Positions 1 through 14,000 of a stretch of DNA of 64,000 bases are shown piece by piece; the stretch's first letter is position 1; every line of letters starts with the position of its first letter. Position numbers and translations under genes: made by a program. The notes under the pieces were generated by a model. The model made no database searches and was not told the origin of the DNA. It worked only from the letters and a program-made list of their open reading frames with translations. The DNA is from Glycera tridactyla. Taxonomy: Eukaryota. Location: NCBI GenBank assembly GCA_965644265.1, contig OZ286472.1, positions 53,010,001 through 53,074,000 on the forward strand, in the 5' to 3' direction.

Positions 1-225
1 AAGTATTTGATGGCACTTGTGACAAGAGACCCCTCCAAAGAATAAACCCTTTTTTCAAAAGACTAGTTCACGAGGAGCCTTTCCCTTTTTGATATGGTCA
101 AATATATTTCTGGCTAGGGACACTCTGTTTTGCCACACTCATCTTCTCAAGACAGCCTCATCATAGGTGTCACAGTAATTTGGGCTGCATATGATGTATG
201 TCTCTTCATTTTATCTGAATTTCAG

Positions 226-325
226 GCAGCTGGAGATCTTTCTTGGCAAGATCGACATCTGTGGTCAATTGCTAGGGGAGCCCTTAGGGTCCCCAGTCTA
301 CACCGACAGCTACCGAGAAGAAAAG
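226..325 (+). CDS. INPPL1: SHIP exon (QLEIFLGKIDICGQLLGEPLGSPVYTDSYREEK)
   Basis: ttcag|G acceptor, AAG|gtagg donor, open frame in phase with the next exon. Confidence 0.7.
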
Positions 326-3300
326 GTAGGATGAGAGCTTTCATATTCCATATGTTCACCTCCTGGTAAATATTGAGGTTTCCAAAGCTAAATACCGAAC
401 ACTCAGGATACCAAACACTCAGTTTATGTGACAGAAACATGTAGAAAAGAGAAAAGAGAGAGGGAAAGAGAGCATGAGTAAACATCTGAACTACGCATAC
501 ATGTATGGGAAAGTTCTTTGGATCAAAAGACTATTTTTCATTATATTAAAATATATCGATATGACTCATGGATGCATTTTCTTCAAGAAGCATTTCCATT
601 TTTGGCACAGCAGATGAGGAATGAATGAACTACCAATTTAAAACTTTTCTGCTATAATGTAGTTCATAATTGTCAACTAACATCATCTGTATGTAACAAT
701 TGTAGGAGCGTTCACCTGGTCTCAGTGGACTTCTTGATCGATTGGTAGAATGCCGAAATGTTGTTCACAAGTTCGAAGAAAAAGTGAGTAATGTTTTTTC
801 TTTTTGCCTGCCGAGTACATATCAGAGATATCCCATTGGAAAGTAGCGGGTGCAGTGGAAGTGAGTACAGAATGTTGGGGTAGAGGGTTTCGCAAGAAAA
901 TCTTTTAGGAGGTGGGGTGGGGCTTGAATAATCATAAATCCAAGTTTGGGGTGGGGGGGGGGGGAATTAGTTGTCGACCCCCTGTATTTAGAATTCATAG
1001 GTTTTCAGGATTTTGGGGTCATTTAAGACAACATTGAATAGCTTTCAGCAGTGAGTTTGGGCAGCAGAAGCGAAAAATAAGAGATTGGTGAAGGTTAGAT
1101 TCCTTGAAACAAAACAGTCCTTGTTCCAACAAGGCAATGATATTGCACACAGTGAGATTGGTGGGAAACGCATGCTCTGTCTTTCGTCCTCATGATATTT
1201 CTTTGTTAGTCAAGACACATGGACTATTTCATGTCTGTATCACATGTTTGCTTTCCTTTCAGACGATAGCATTCCTGCAGGAGTTGAGATCATCCAGTGA
1301 GAAAGGGCAGCTTCATGTATTGCCTGAGAGTGAACCAGTCCCTATGTTGGCCGAACAGCCTAAACCCACTCCACAGCGCAGTAAAGTCGTCATTCCACCC
1401 ACATCTTTCAAGGTATGCTATAACTTTTCATGTGCATCCATTTAAATTGCATGCAGTGATCCCTGAATGGGTGATTAGAATTGGCGGTTAGGTTGGAAGC
1501 TTCTAGTTCAGGAAATTCTATATGTAAATTTTGTATTTTGTATGTTGATGATCTGAAATAGTATTGAATATCTTGGGTCTTATGTATGAAGAATAATTGT
1601 TTCACCATTTACACAGATTTATATCATCTCACACAGAATCTTTGCACAATGGCTAACTGCTTGTGAATGATATGTGAACTACTGAAGTTTGTCAAGTTGG
1701 AATATGATAGGGATATATTACACTCCACCATTGTTCATTGATTGCTCACTTACAGGATTACATCCAGGAAGGGCATGAAGGCATTTCATAGATTTTATTC
1801 TATGTGGCCCCTTTTCATGTTTTTCCCGTATTGAGTGAACCCATATTGGGAAATTTATTTTTGAGAAGTGCCTTCTTTTCATAAATTTGAGGGTAGATAC
1901 CCGCAGTTTGTGAAATACTGGATGCGACCCTGCACCGACATACTGGCCCAAAGAATTCATTACAATCTTCAATTCAAAATGGTACTGGTTATTCAAAAGA
2001 AAATGCCTTGATAGAATGTGTAGAAGAGTTGCTTATGAAGTGAAACCTGTGAAGAGAGACCCCTGATGAGAGACGGCCTCTGCAAGGCAGCTTTACTATT
2101 TGACATAGTCAAATATAACTCTGACGAGAGACTACTTTTTGGTCACATTTGGGACAGTCTCTTGTCACAGCCCATCTGTAAAGAAATTTTGCTTGGTATC
2201 AGTGACTACAGTAGGAGATGGGATGAAAGTCCTGAGGAGAAGAGAAAGCCTCTGGATTGTATCCCGTTGCTGATTTTTGAACACTCCACTAGCATCATGT
2301 TTGTGAATGTTCCAAGTCATCTGGTGAATATCGCTGTTGCAGGTACACCAGCTGAAGGTTGGGAAACCAAAGTCTGGTTCAAAGTTTGTGTTGACTGTGG
2401 ACTTACAAGGTGGTAAATTAATGGTCGTCAAGCAGAGTAAAGATGTTCTGGATGATAGCAACACTTTCACCCATGAGAAAAGTGAGTATACTTGGAACCA
2501 TCCTACTGAAGGAATTATAATGGAACCTACCTGAGAGACCACCTCTGAAGAAAAGCCACCTACTTATTGAGGCCATCTTCAGCTGTGATTTCAATAGTTT
2601 TTTGATATCCTTTTACAAAGGCCACGTGTCGATATAGATCTCTTTTTGTCATGATCAAGAGTGGTCTTTGTAGACAGGTTTGACTGTATTTTGTTTTCAT
2701 TCTATCTCTACCACTGCTTCTAATATCACTCGGCAACCATCCACTATCATATCTGAAAGTGATGGTGTTGGTAGAATATTTTTTCCTACTTCTCGCTATT
2801 AGGAGAGCCATCTTGGCTGAGAGGTCACTTTGACATCCTTCTTGTGGTGAATATAGGTATCAACCCCATGAATATATATTGTGGTAGCTTCCAACTACAT
2901 TGTGTACAAAAATTCTGCGTGAAATATTTGCCATTCTAGATCTTGATATGAATCATGTTTGTCCTATGTTTCTGAATGATGTCAGGTGCCTTCCTATTGT
3001 GTTTCAGTTGAGCAATTGGTGAAGTGGACAAACAGCAGTAATCGGCTTGACATATTGATTGAAGGACGTAAGAAAGAGACTTACGTATTTGATGATGTGT
3101 GGCAGCGGGAACACTTCTGCCAACTTGTACAGAAACTACGATCTCGGCATTCTCACAATGTCTATATAGATCAGATCTCAATCTTCATCGGCACATGGAA
3201 TATGGGTAAATATCATGTCTATCCTGCATAATAATAATAGTAATGATAATAATGATGATAAAAAAAATAATAATAATAACAATAGTAATGATTATGAATA

Positions 3301-5009
3301 GGATAATTATTATTATAACTACAGTCGAATCTCCTCTAAAGACCACCTCTCTATAAAGACCACCTCCCTATAAAGACCACCCTGAGCTGTGACTGTGGTA
3401 GTATTTTCAACAGTAGGTGACCTCCCTATAAAGACCACCTTCTAAAGACCACTTTTTGGTGCGACCGAAGGCGGTTTTTATAGAGAGGTTCTACTGTATA
3501 ACGATAATTGTAATAATGTGGAAACAATATCCTCATATTTATGTAGAGCATCCTCAAATAATTTTCAATATATTAGTGATATAATTTCCTCATGACAGTG
3601 AGAGTTTTGTAGAATAATCATAACAGTCAGGAGATCAAATGGAGACCAATGACTAGTGTATCCCACATGGGGTGTCACAGTATAGGTGGAGCATGTCACA
3701 ATACTATGGTTCAGTGTTGGTAACTGAACCTTCAGGAATGTAGTTTTCTCACTTTCTCACTCATGATCTTTGAATTATTGAGCTGTAAGAGTTGATTCCT
3801 GGAAACTTGAAATTTTGTGGAACTCCATTGTGTTGTGGGAAGGAACTGCACCTGATTCTTCTTGATGAATGATTTGTGAAATAGTCTTTAAGGCTATCTT
3901 CCAACTTTCATTAATTGAATTTGTTATGGATGATGTGATCTGTACCTGCAGGTGCTGATCCACCGCCGCAGAGTATATCTCAGTGGTTGAAGTCGCATGG
4001 AACGGGCATCACACGCAGCAACTCTCTAGGTCTGATCCCACATGATCTCTACGTGATCGGGACTCAGGAGAGTTCTCTCAGTGATAAGGAGTGGGTGAAC
4101 CGCATCAAGGCAGCTCTACAAGAGACGTTTGCTCAGGACATGCATCTGGTCTGTAGATTTGTCCATTGTTTCTCACATGTACATTGATGTTGGAAATTGG
4201 TTGTGTTATCTTGATAAATATATGACCGAACAAATTTCAATGATTATTGCTAATAGTAGCTTTTGATATCTCGAAGAACTAGTCATCAGTATTACTGTGA
4301 GAAATATTTGATCATGCTTGTATCTGTATTTGTACTTACTTGTGATTTAAACGTGTGTTTGAAGAAAACATTCAATATGAGCATCAATATTCAGAAATAC
4401 CATGATATAGATTCAGTTTAATGCACTGTTTCATTGTGCGTGAAGCAGCATATAATTTTGAAGGCATGGATCAATATTCTTATATGAACCTGTGTCTATA
4501 CATAAAAAGATTAAGGAGTAGGAGCAGTACTAGATGAATAGTACAGTGATATTGAGATGTGATCCATTTTCACAGGAGAATAAATATCATCAAGGCCCTG
4601 GTTCGGGCGATGTGCAGCTGCTGTATACACTGGCATGAAGGATGATGACTTCTCTCATATGATAATACATACCTGCATAAGTTTGAAAAATCTTACATTC
4701 TTGTCCAAAGATGGTGAATTATATATATCTTTGAAAAAAACAACAAGAACTCATTCATTCATATCCCTTCAAGTTGGGTGTAGCTTTAGTCAGGAAACTT
4801 GGCTGAATCTGCAGGGTTATTGAGAGTAAAGAAGAGAAAAATGGCATAGTTACATTTATGCTTGTTCTCATCGTGTTCACAGGTATCAATTGCAAGTTTA
4901 TGGAGTTTACGACTGGTGATATTGGTCCGTGCTGATTATAAGAACAAGATCAGTCATATACAGAGTGATTCTGTTAAGACAGGGATTGCTAATGCTCTCG
5001 GTATGTAAC

Positions 5010-5078
<69 letters not shown>

Positions 5079-8000
5079 CTTCCATGCATTTGCATGTGCG
5101 TGAAAATGTACATGTGTGTCTTCTAAATTCAAGATTGCCGTGTAGATTCTTATTCATTGGGGTTATCTCCATCCCTGAATCAACATTGGACAATAACATT
5201 GATTGATGGTTTTTGAGCTGGGAGGAGAAACTGTGTTTGGTATAAGTCATGTGTAAGCTCTTTGTGAAATAGATTAAAGCATCACCGAATAGGTGCTGGA
5301 CAAGTGTGTGCAGGAAAAGATCGAGGTGGCATGGTGTCAAGCTATTCACAGGACAGCATAATAAACAAATTGTGTGTTAATGCGCATTCGCTGATATCGA
5401 GATTGCTAATTGTGCATTCTGATATGCTTTTCAAGCATTGAATATCCACCCCTATATCTTGTCATTGCACTGAATACCTTGTAATTGATGCATCCTGTCA
5501 CTCAGATCATGCAATAAAGTATGCCACAGAGTTTGCCACATACTTTCTGACATATTTTTCTACCTCCATATAATGCATACTAGGTTGGTACAGTAGGTAA
5601 TTTTCATGATGAATTGCCATGTTTACAGATATAATTAGACAAATGTTTCTCATTATACAGTCTGTCATAAACTCCTACGTCTTCTCTGTTTCTATAGGTA
5701 ATAAAGGTGCTGTTGGAATAGGCTTCCATTTCAATGGTACATCCATGTGTTTCATCAATGCCCACTTGACATCTGGTCATGAGAAGAATGCCAGGTATGC
5801 CATGGCTTTGTATTCATCATGTTAGTCAATATATGTTCAAGTTATCTAGCACCATCTGATGTGACTTTATCAAAATTCTCTGATGCATAGTTGGAAATAA
5901 TTCTTGAGTGCCTGTGTACACTGTATTTTATAGGTTTTCACCTCCTACTGTAGACACAGCAGTAGGAGTCCCACCTTTGTCCTTTACATAGGCATCTCAG
6001 AATAGCCCAGGTGGTGCCATGAGGTAACAACAACAACAACAACCAACCTACAAGTTTGATGCATTTTGCATTTCAGTGACCGCTCGTTACAAGCATAATT
6101 GAAGAGAGTGCTAACAGATGCTAAGAAAACTGGAGAACCTGTGTACAGTCAAACTTGTTCTGAGCATTAGGCCTCTGGCAATGTTGAAATTGCATGCTCA
6201 GAGGAAGTTCATGCAGCAATGGGGTGAAAAGATATGTGTTGATAAGGACATATTGGACAGTATGTAGAAATGAAAGTTTGACTAATTTGGGATGAAAATG
6301 ACTTTTTTCTGTTTCAGACGCAATGAGAATGTGCATGACATCATCAACCACATAGGTTTGGGGCCGAAACATTTTGATATATTTGATGTCGGAACAAAAT
6401 TTCATCATGTTTTCTTCTTTGGAGATCTGAATTATCGAATCAATGGACTTGAGCCAACGGTGAGTGCTTTTGGGAAAAAAATGCTGCTGTCACTAGTTTC
6501 TGTGTTCATCCTAGTCAAAATGATCTATTGGAAGAATTCATGCTGAATACTAAGATGTAGACCACAATTTGTCATATCAGGCACTTTCTGTCTGGCTTAG
6601 GTTTTATGCAATCCTTGAAACATTTGGGTTATTTGAACCAGAGGTTCTTGTAGAGATTTGAATGATAGGTTATGAAACAATTGTATCATTTGTACGTCCT
6701 GTTTTAGCATTTTTTATATTTCTATAAAATGAGAGCTTTGAACAAACATCCCTTAGATGTACATACCCTTTTTTTGAAGATGATAAAAACATGTTACTAT
6801 GAAATTTCCATATTTAAATTATCATTTTGATACAGTTCATATTCTTGCCTATGTTTTGCAGGAAATAATCAAAATGGTAGCACAGCAGAAATTGTACCAG
6901 AAGTCGGAGAGAAATTATACAACTTTACTGGAGTATGACCAGCTGACCTGCTCCAAGAAAAACAAGGAGGCCTTTTTCAGTTTCTGTGAGTATTCCTGAG
7001 ATGATCCATCCCATTTGAAACAATCAACATGTAATAATTAGTTTTGAAAGAGTAGAAGCTATCCTTGCAGGGTTCTACATTGACTTTTTCAAGCTGTCTT
7101 TTGGGCAGGTGCAGTGTGATTTTTACCTGCCCTCCCTGTCATTTTCATCTGCCCACCTGTGTATAGTCATAGCATGAATAATGGTGGTGTACCTGCCCAT
7201 CAGGCAGGCAAGATGATGAAATCACCTGCCCTAACAATGAATCGGTCTGCCTGTGCCAATAAGGCAACCCTCAGCGTAGAGTCCTGCCTTAATTCATGAA
7301 CTTTGCATTGTTTTCAGCTTCCAGTCGGATACATAGTTTTCTGTGCAAAAGTTGTTCACTTGTATGTCGAGTAGATGGAGGTGTTTTGAACTGCCAGATT
7401 CTTTCACTAGGAATTTCCATTCCTCATAGATTTGGGTCACACTGAATGCATTAACTCATTAGCAGATACAATTAAAATTCTACCAACTAATTCGAGTGAA
7501 CATCATCTGGAATGACAGATTTAAAGAAACATCAGATCAAAGGGGCAGATGTTTGGAGTTATAGCTTTAATGACCTATTGAACCATTTCTAGCATATAAC
7601 TTGTCTATTGTTACAGACCTCTTATTTGTTTGCCGTTTTGTTTTTAGGTGAAGAAGAGATCAGCTTTCCACCAACTTATCGTATTGAAAAAAATACAATC
7701 GATAAATATGATTGGAGAAAAATCAAGAAAACTGGGGTTAGTAGATCAGATTAATTCTGGTTGATTTTGTCCATATTATTCTTAGTGATTTGTTTTATCC
7801 CCTGTGACATGTCTCTTTTAAGATTGTCTCTCAGTGTTCGGCCAAGATTTATTAGTCAAATTTGTCTTTGTCATCATGTAGTTGAGCCAATTCAATTCAT
7901 CGAGGTGGTAGTTGTGCTCTTTTTTTATTCTCCTGAGCTTAATATGCAATGTAGTTGATGTCTAATGCTTGTGTTCCTTTCAGATTCGAATCAATGCACC

Positions 8001-11000
8001 TTCTTGGTGTGATCGTATTTTATGGAGATCACATCCGGATACCTACATCAAGAACACTTCATATGGTGAGTATTCATCCTGTCTCCCATTGCAAGTTTTA
8101 CTGTAATTGTGCACTCTTGAACAGACATAGTTGATGCTACATAGAAATATAACCATTACCCAGTGATCCATTAGGGGCGTCCAGGTGAGATATATGATAT
8201 GAACCCAGGTTATTCTGCAGGTTGCTTCCCAAGGGGGTATGGGGGCAATCCACATGTTGTGTCGAGTTAGGGACCTTTTTCAACTCAAGTCAAGGCCACA
8301 GTGCCCATTTAATCATTGAGACGGTTGCAATTAGTCCTTACTGATATTGTATGTTTTCAGGCTGTGTAGAGAATATCACAACCAGTGATCACAAACCAGT
8401 GTTCTCATCCTTTGAGGTCGGCATCACGGGGCAGTTCATCACGCCAAGTGCAAGTCATGCTCATAATGAAAATGTCAAAATCATCTTTGATGAACTTATT
8501 GCCGAGGTTAGACATTTTTTATGATCCTTTCAGATGTTTCAGGCATGCATGCACACATATATCCCCCCATCCTGTGCCTCCACTCACTCACTCACACACC
8601 TTAACACAGGCATAACTATGCATGCATAACCACCTAACCGCTCAAACCACACAACACCTCCCCCCCCCCCCCCCCACACACACACACACAATAGAATATT
8701 TGTTGTCCGCCAATGAAATCCACTTGTCCAAGATGATAATTGTTTATGAAGAAAACTGTATTTGTCCTGAGAACAATTTGGTTATAAAATTTACATGTTA
8801 TTCATGGATTTCCACTTGTTCTGGACAATGAGACAACCTGTTATGTCGAGCCCTTCACACACCCTTACACCGGCACACAATCCTCTGTGTGTGCTCTCTG
8901 GAAATACTAATAGTTGTTGATTGTTTGTCAGGTGTGGACGCCAACCTGTCGCTACTCTGTTCAAGTTGAGCTGATTTCATCTTGTCTTGCTCGTAAGTAC
9001 CTGTTTAATTGGCAATTACAATAAAAAAAGTTGAGACCCAAAGATTGACATCGCCTGTGCCTGCTCTGCAAATCAAGGATTCACCTGCAAGTCATGGGCC
9101 AGGAGTTGTGAATGAAATTTTGTTTCAAGTGCATATAAGATATTAACACTCCTCTTCACTTCAAATATTTTTAGGAAATTTCGAGCTCCTGAGATTCTAA
9201 TATGAAGATCTAATACTGTGAAACAGGAAATTTTACATGATTACTTTGAATTTCGAATACTTTTTACCATGGCCATGGTATTTTTCTTTCATTCCTTCTA
9301 CCAAATTCTATCTGTATGACAACAGGAAAATTAAAGTGGTACAGTGAAACCTGTCTTGGGAGACCACCCTCTAATGGGAGACTGCTCTTTGTCGGCTCTT
9401 CTCTATTTGACATAGTCAAATATACCTCCAATGAGAGACCACCTGTCTTGAGAGACCACATTTTGTTGGCGTTTGGGGTGGTCTCCCAAGACAGGTTTTA
9501 CTGTAGTACCATATGATTTGTCAGCTGTTGATGAAGTTCCAATTTTTGTGACCTTGACGTTGCTAATATACTGAGTGCATTGTGATTCGACTGCTATTTT
9601 TCAGAGAATGGTATCACACAGAAGAGCATCCATATGTCAAGACAGGCAACAGAATGCTATCACTGGAAGGCACACCAGATTCCTGTGGTAAGTTTGCCAC
9701 ATCACTTCCATGATGCGGATGAGGAGTACCATTACTGCTCTCAGATATTCATCAGTTTATGAAGGCCCTTAAAATGTTGAAAATTGATGACTTGCTCCTT
9801 GTATATCTGATTTCAGCATATAACTAATCCAAATGCCTTTAGATACTGTTATGTACAGTAAAACCTGTCTTAAGTGAAAAGTCACGGGACCAAAAAAAAT
9901 TTCCACTTAAGACAGGATTTCACTCAGCACAGGATTTCACTACTGTTTGTCAGATATGGATAAGAAATATAGTGAAACCTGTCATGAGCAATCACCTCTC
10001 TTGAACGATCGCTTTTTGCCAAAATACCAAATACAGTAAAACCTGTTTTGGGAGACTACCCCTAACACCAACGAAAAATGGTCTCTCAACACAGGTGGTC
10101 TCTCATTGGAGGTATATTTGACTATGTCAAATAGAGAAGAGCCTATAAAGAGTGGTCTCCCATTAGAGGGTGGTCTCCCAAAAGAGGGGTCCCCAAGACT
10201 GGTTTCACTGTACTTCTTAAATGACCTGTGACAAGCGATCACCTCTCTAACGTGACCAGCCGCTGGCCTAAATGGTAGCAATTACCAGCAATAAGCAATG
10301 TAGAACTGTTCACAATTGAGCTGATCTCAACTTCACTTTTCACTCATGACAGGATGGAAGGCACCGCGGGACCAAAAATGGTGTTTCATTGTTCAGGACA
10401 GACAGGATTTTGCCTAATCCAGGACAATTATAGTGAAAAAACAGGTGGGCGGTCTGTGGCGCATGTGCTTAAGACAGGATTTCACCTAGCACAGGTTTTC
10501 AGTCGAGCAGGTTTTACTGTAATTTGACTCCTGATTTGGTTTAGGAAAGTTGGGATTTTCGCAAAATCTTGCAGATGGACCAACCCCAGCGATTGCTGAG
10601 CAAGGCAATTAGTGGACACTGACACACTATATCAAAGATAAAGATGAAATGGAGCTAATTCATGTTCACCCCAGGCTATCAAGCCGTTCACAACTTTATT
10701 TCAAAATGAGCTATCACATGTTGAAGTTGAGTAATCCTGGATTTCTTGATATGAATAATGGTGATTCAAGTGCCATTGTTGTGGCTTGCCAGCATCTCTC
10801 AGGCAATTCTCTGCTTTGTGCCAACTTTGTAGGCTCAACAATTTGTCATTGTCACTCTTATCTTGTGGGATCTAAGATGGTGGATAATCCAGTCAGACAG
10901 GAATGGGACTGAGTGGATTCATTTCTATAAAAAAACTTCGAAATACAGTCGAACCTGTCTATGAAGAACACCTTCAATCACATCAAATGTGGTCTTTATA

Positions 11001-14000
11001 GGCAGGTGGTCTTTATACAGAAGTCATTTGCTGTTGAAAATACCATCATGGTCGCATCTCATGGTGGTTTTCATAGGCAGGTGGTCTTTTGAGCAGGTTC
11101 GACTATCTTGCAAGAAGATAAAATGCTCATCCAAAAAAAGTTATATTGCCCACAAGGTCAAAACATTGGATGAATCTCATGGTTTATATTCTGCTGGATT
11201 TTGGAAAATATTGTTGCACTGACATCTGGTTGTCTGCCTTGCTGTCCATCTGCCTGCTAGTCTATTTGTCCTTCTATTCTTCGGTCTGTCCGTTTGTCTG
11301 AATGATTCATGTTTCTTATGGCATACATCCATCTTTTCAGTTGCATCCTTTGTTTGGTGACCATGAATACTTGGAAGATCAGTATATATTGCTTGTTGTG
11401 AAACACTCAGAATCCATGGAAATCTATGGTAAGTGTCTCAGTTATTGATTTAATCAACCAATATCACCTCAAACATGGATGGTAGGGTTAGAAATACAGT
11501 AAAACCTGTCTCAAGTGAAAGGTCACGGGACCAAATTTTTCTTCCTCTTAAGACAGGATTTTGCCTAGCGCAGGACAATTATAGTGAGAAAAAAACATCC
11601 GGGCAGACCATGGGCTATGTGCTCAAGACAGGATTTCGCCCAGCACAGGTTTACTCTAGGTTTCACTGTTGATGATGGCAGATGAGTTTTATGATTTCAT
11701 GATGTGGATATTGATTTTGCACAACGATATACTGGAACATCATTGTCTCTAGTTCAGTATAAGTAGATTTAGATCAAACTGACCTATCAGGGATACTAGC
11801 AACATGGATTTTGGATTGAACAACATAGGTTTTCAACCAAGATTTGTTAATTTCACATGTGAGATTTTCTGTGTAAGATATTATTGTGGTCATCGATTGA
11901 GGTGGTCTATGTATAGAGGAAGTCTCTTGGGCACATTTGACTCTTGCTATTTTCTTGTCATACAAAACAGCGCACTACTAGAAGAATATTTCATTGATTG
12001 ACATTCAATCGTCAAACACCAAGAACTCAATTCTGATTTATGCCTGACAGATTTTCTGATAACATTTTTGACATGATTGAGGCAGTTTTCCCACATTTCT
12101 TCATCAGGCAATTCACACATATATTAATGACTTGCAGGTGAAGGCATTCTGTCTCTAAAGTACATGTTCAGCACGAAGCCAGAGCCTTTTGATTGTTACC
12201 TGACGCATGAAGGTGATGAAGTAGGACGTATCAAGTAAGTAGCTGCTTGCATAGATCATTCATGCAATTTGGACGATATGAAGTCATTGAGTTTTATCGA
12301 CTGGCAAACAAAGTCTGCTGAGGTACAATATCAGGACATGGACTGATTTGCTGTTTCTGGTCTAATATCACATCAGCACCATTTGTGCTGTATTGTGATG
12401 CCCATGGTATGGAAGATGAATTTATCACTCACAGATTTGGATTTTGCAGGATGTCACAAGGCCACACGGCAAGTGAAACTGCAGTGAAACCTGCAAAGAA
12501 AGACTGCCTTAATTGTCACTAAAATGTGGTCTCTCAAAGAGGTAGTCTCAAATCAAAGGGAGATTTGATTGTTTCAAATACAAAAGCTGCCTTGAAGAAG
12601 CTATTACTATCAAAGGTGGTCTGATGTTGGGCTGCTTGTCACAGATCTCGCAGTATATCCCAGGATACATGATGAGATTTTTGTATTTCATTGGTGTGGT
12701 TTCTTATTGCCATGGTTCTATGGCTAAGAGTTTCTCATTCTGTCTTGACAAGTTCTGTGAAATTAGACTCAGCCTTGATATTACAGTAAAAATATCTTGG
12801 GGAAAATGATTAGGACTATTCCATTTAAAAAGAGGTGGGGGGGCCGGTCAGGAAAAAAATTTGGACCTCCCCCACCCCCGCTTTTTGATTATTCTGACCC
12901 TCCCCCACCCCCGCTTTTTAATTTTTCACCCCCGGTTTCGAAAGCGCCGCCCCCCCCCCCCCCGCTTTTCGAAAACAAGACTGAGAGATGACAAATACGT
13001 CGAATTTCTTGATAATTGACATTATTCTGATGGTCAATCGCAATTTCCAAGAAGTCCCCGCAATCTGAGAGCATTTTATCCCAAGAATCCATGATTAACG
13101 AAAAAAATCGCATCAGAATCGAACTAGCATCCAAGATGGCGGCCTACGTGCCGAACACGTGTTTCTCGAATAATTCGACCCGCCATCTCGTGTTTCGCGT
13201 CTACAACTCCGGGTTCCGCCGGTAGATGGCGGGCCGAATCCGACAGCGCCCGTGATACACCGCAGACGTGGCCACCAGCATAGATTATTTTCGATTCCAT
13301 TCGTCGATATTCATCGTATTTTTTCGGTTTTTGACATTTTTCTGTCACATAATCGCCATTTACAAGAGAAACCGGCATTTTGGGGACATTTTATCGTATT
13401 ATTCGTGTATCTATCGAAAAAGTTCACGGAGTTTGTTTACGTTGAGCTTGGTGACAACTGATAACCAAGATGGCGGCGTCCATGATGAATACGAGCCAGG
13501 TCGAACAGACAGCAATATATTGACTAATAGTGACCGGATTTGATGTTTTCGGTTGGGTTTCAACAGAAAAATTCCGATTGCCGCTCCTCCCCCGCTTTTC
13601 GATTTTCCGCTCATCACACAACCCCCGCTTTCGGGTTTTCCCTTGATATCGCCCCCGCTTTCGGATTTTCCCCTAATATCGCCCCCGCTTTCGATTTTTC
13701 CAGAGACCCCCCCACCCCCGCTTTCAATTTTTCCGAGACCCCCCCACCCCCACTTTTTCATTTCGTTTCCAGACCAGCCCCCCCACTCCTTAATAAATGG
13801 AATAGCCCTTACTATCCTCATCATACTTATTTTCCAGGGGCACAATGTTTGTGAAAGGCTGTGGTGAAGATGGTGAGAAATCAAAACTAGTCAGAAGACG
13901 TAAGAGTTATGGTAAGTTTCACATTATCATTGTTTGCCAACAGACCAACATCCTGAAGGAAGTACTTATTCAATAGGAATAACATTGGAATATATGTGAC

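Noticed and set aside
4907-5349. THTHTH and CVCVCV ORFs
   Set aside because: Products of the (TG)29 microsatellite.
12889-13884. Gly/Pro-rich ORFs of 81-157 aa
   Set aside because: Translations of the subterminal repeat arrays of the Harbinger-like element.
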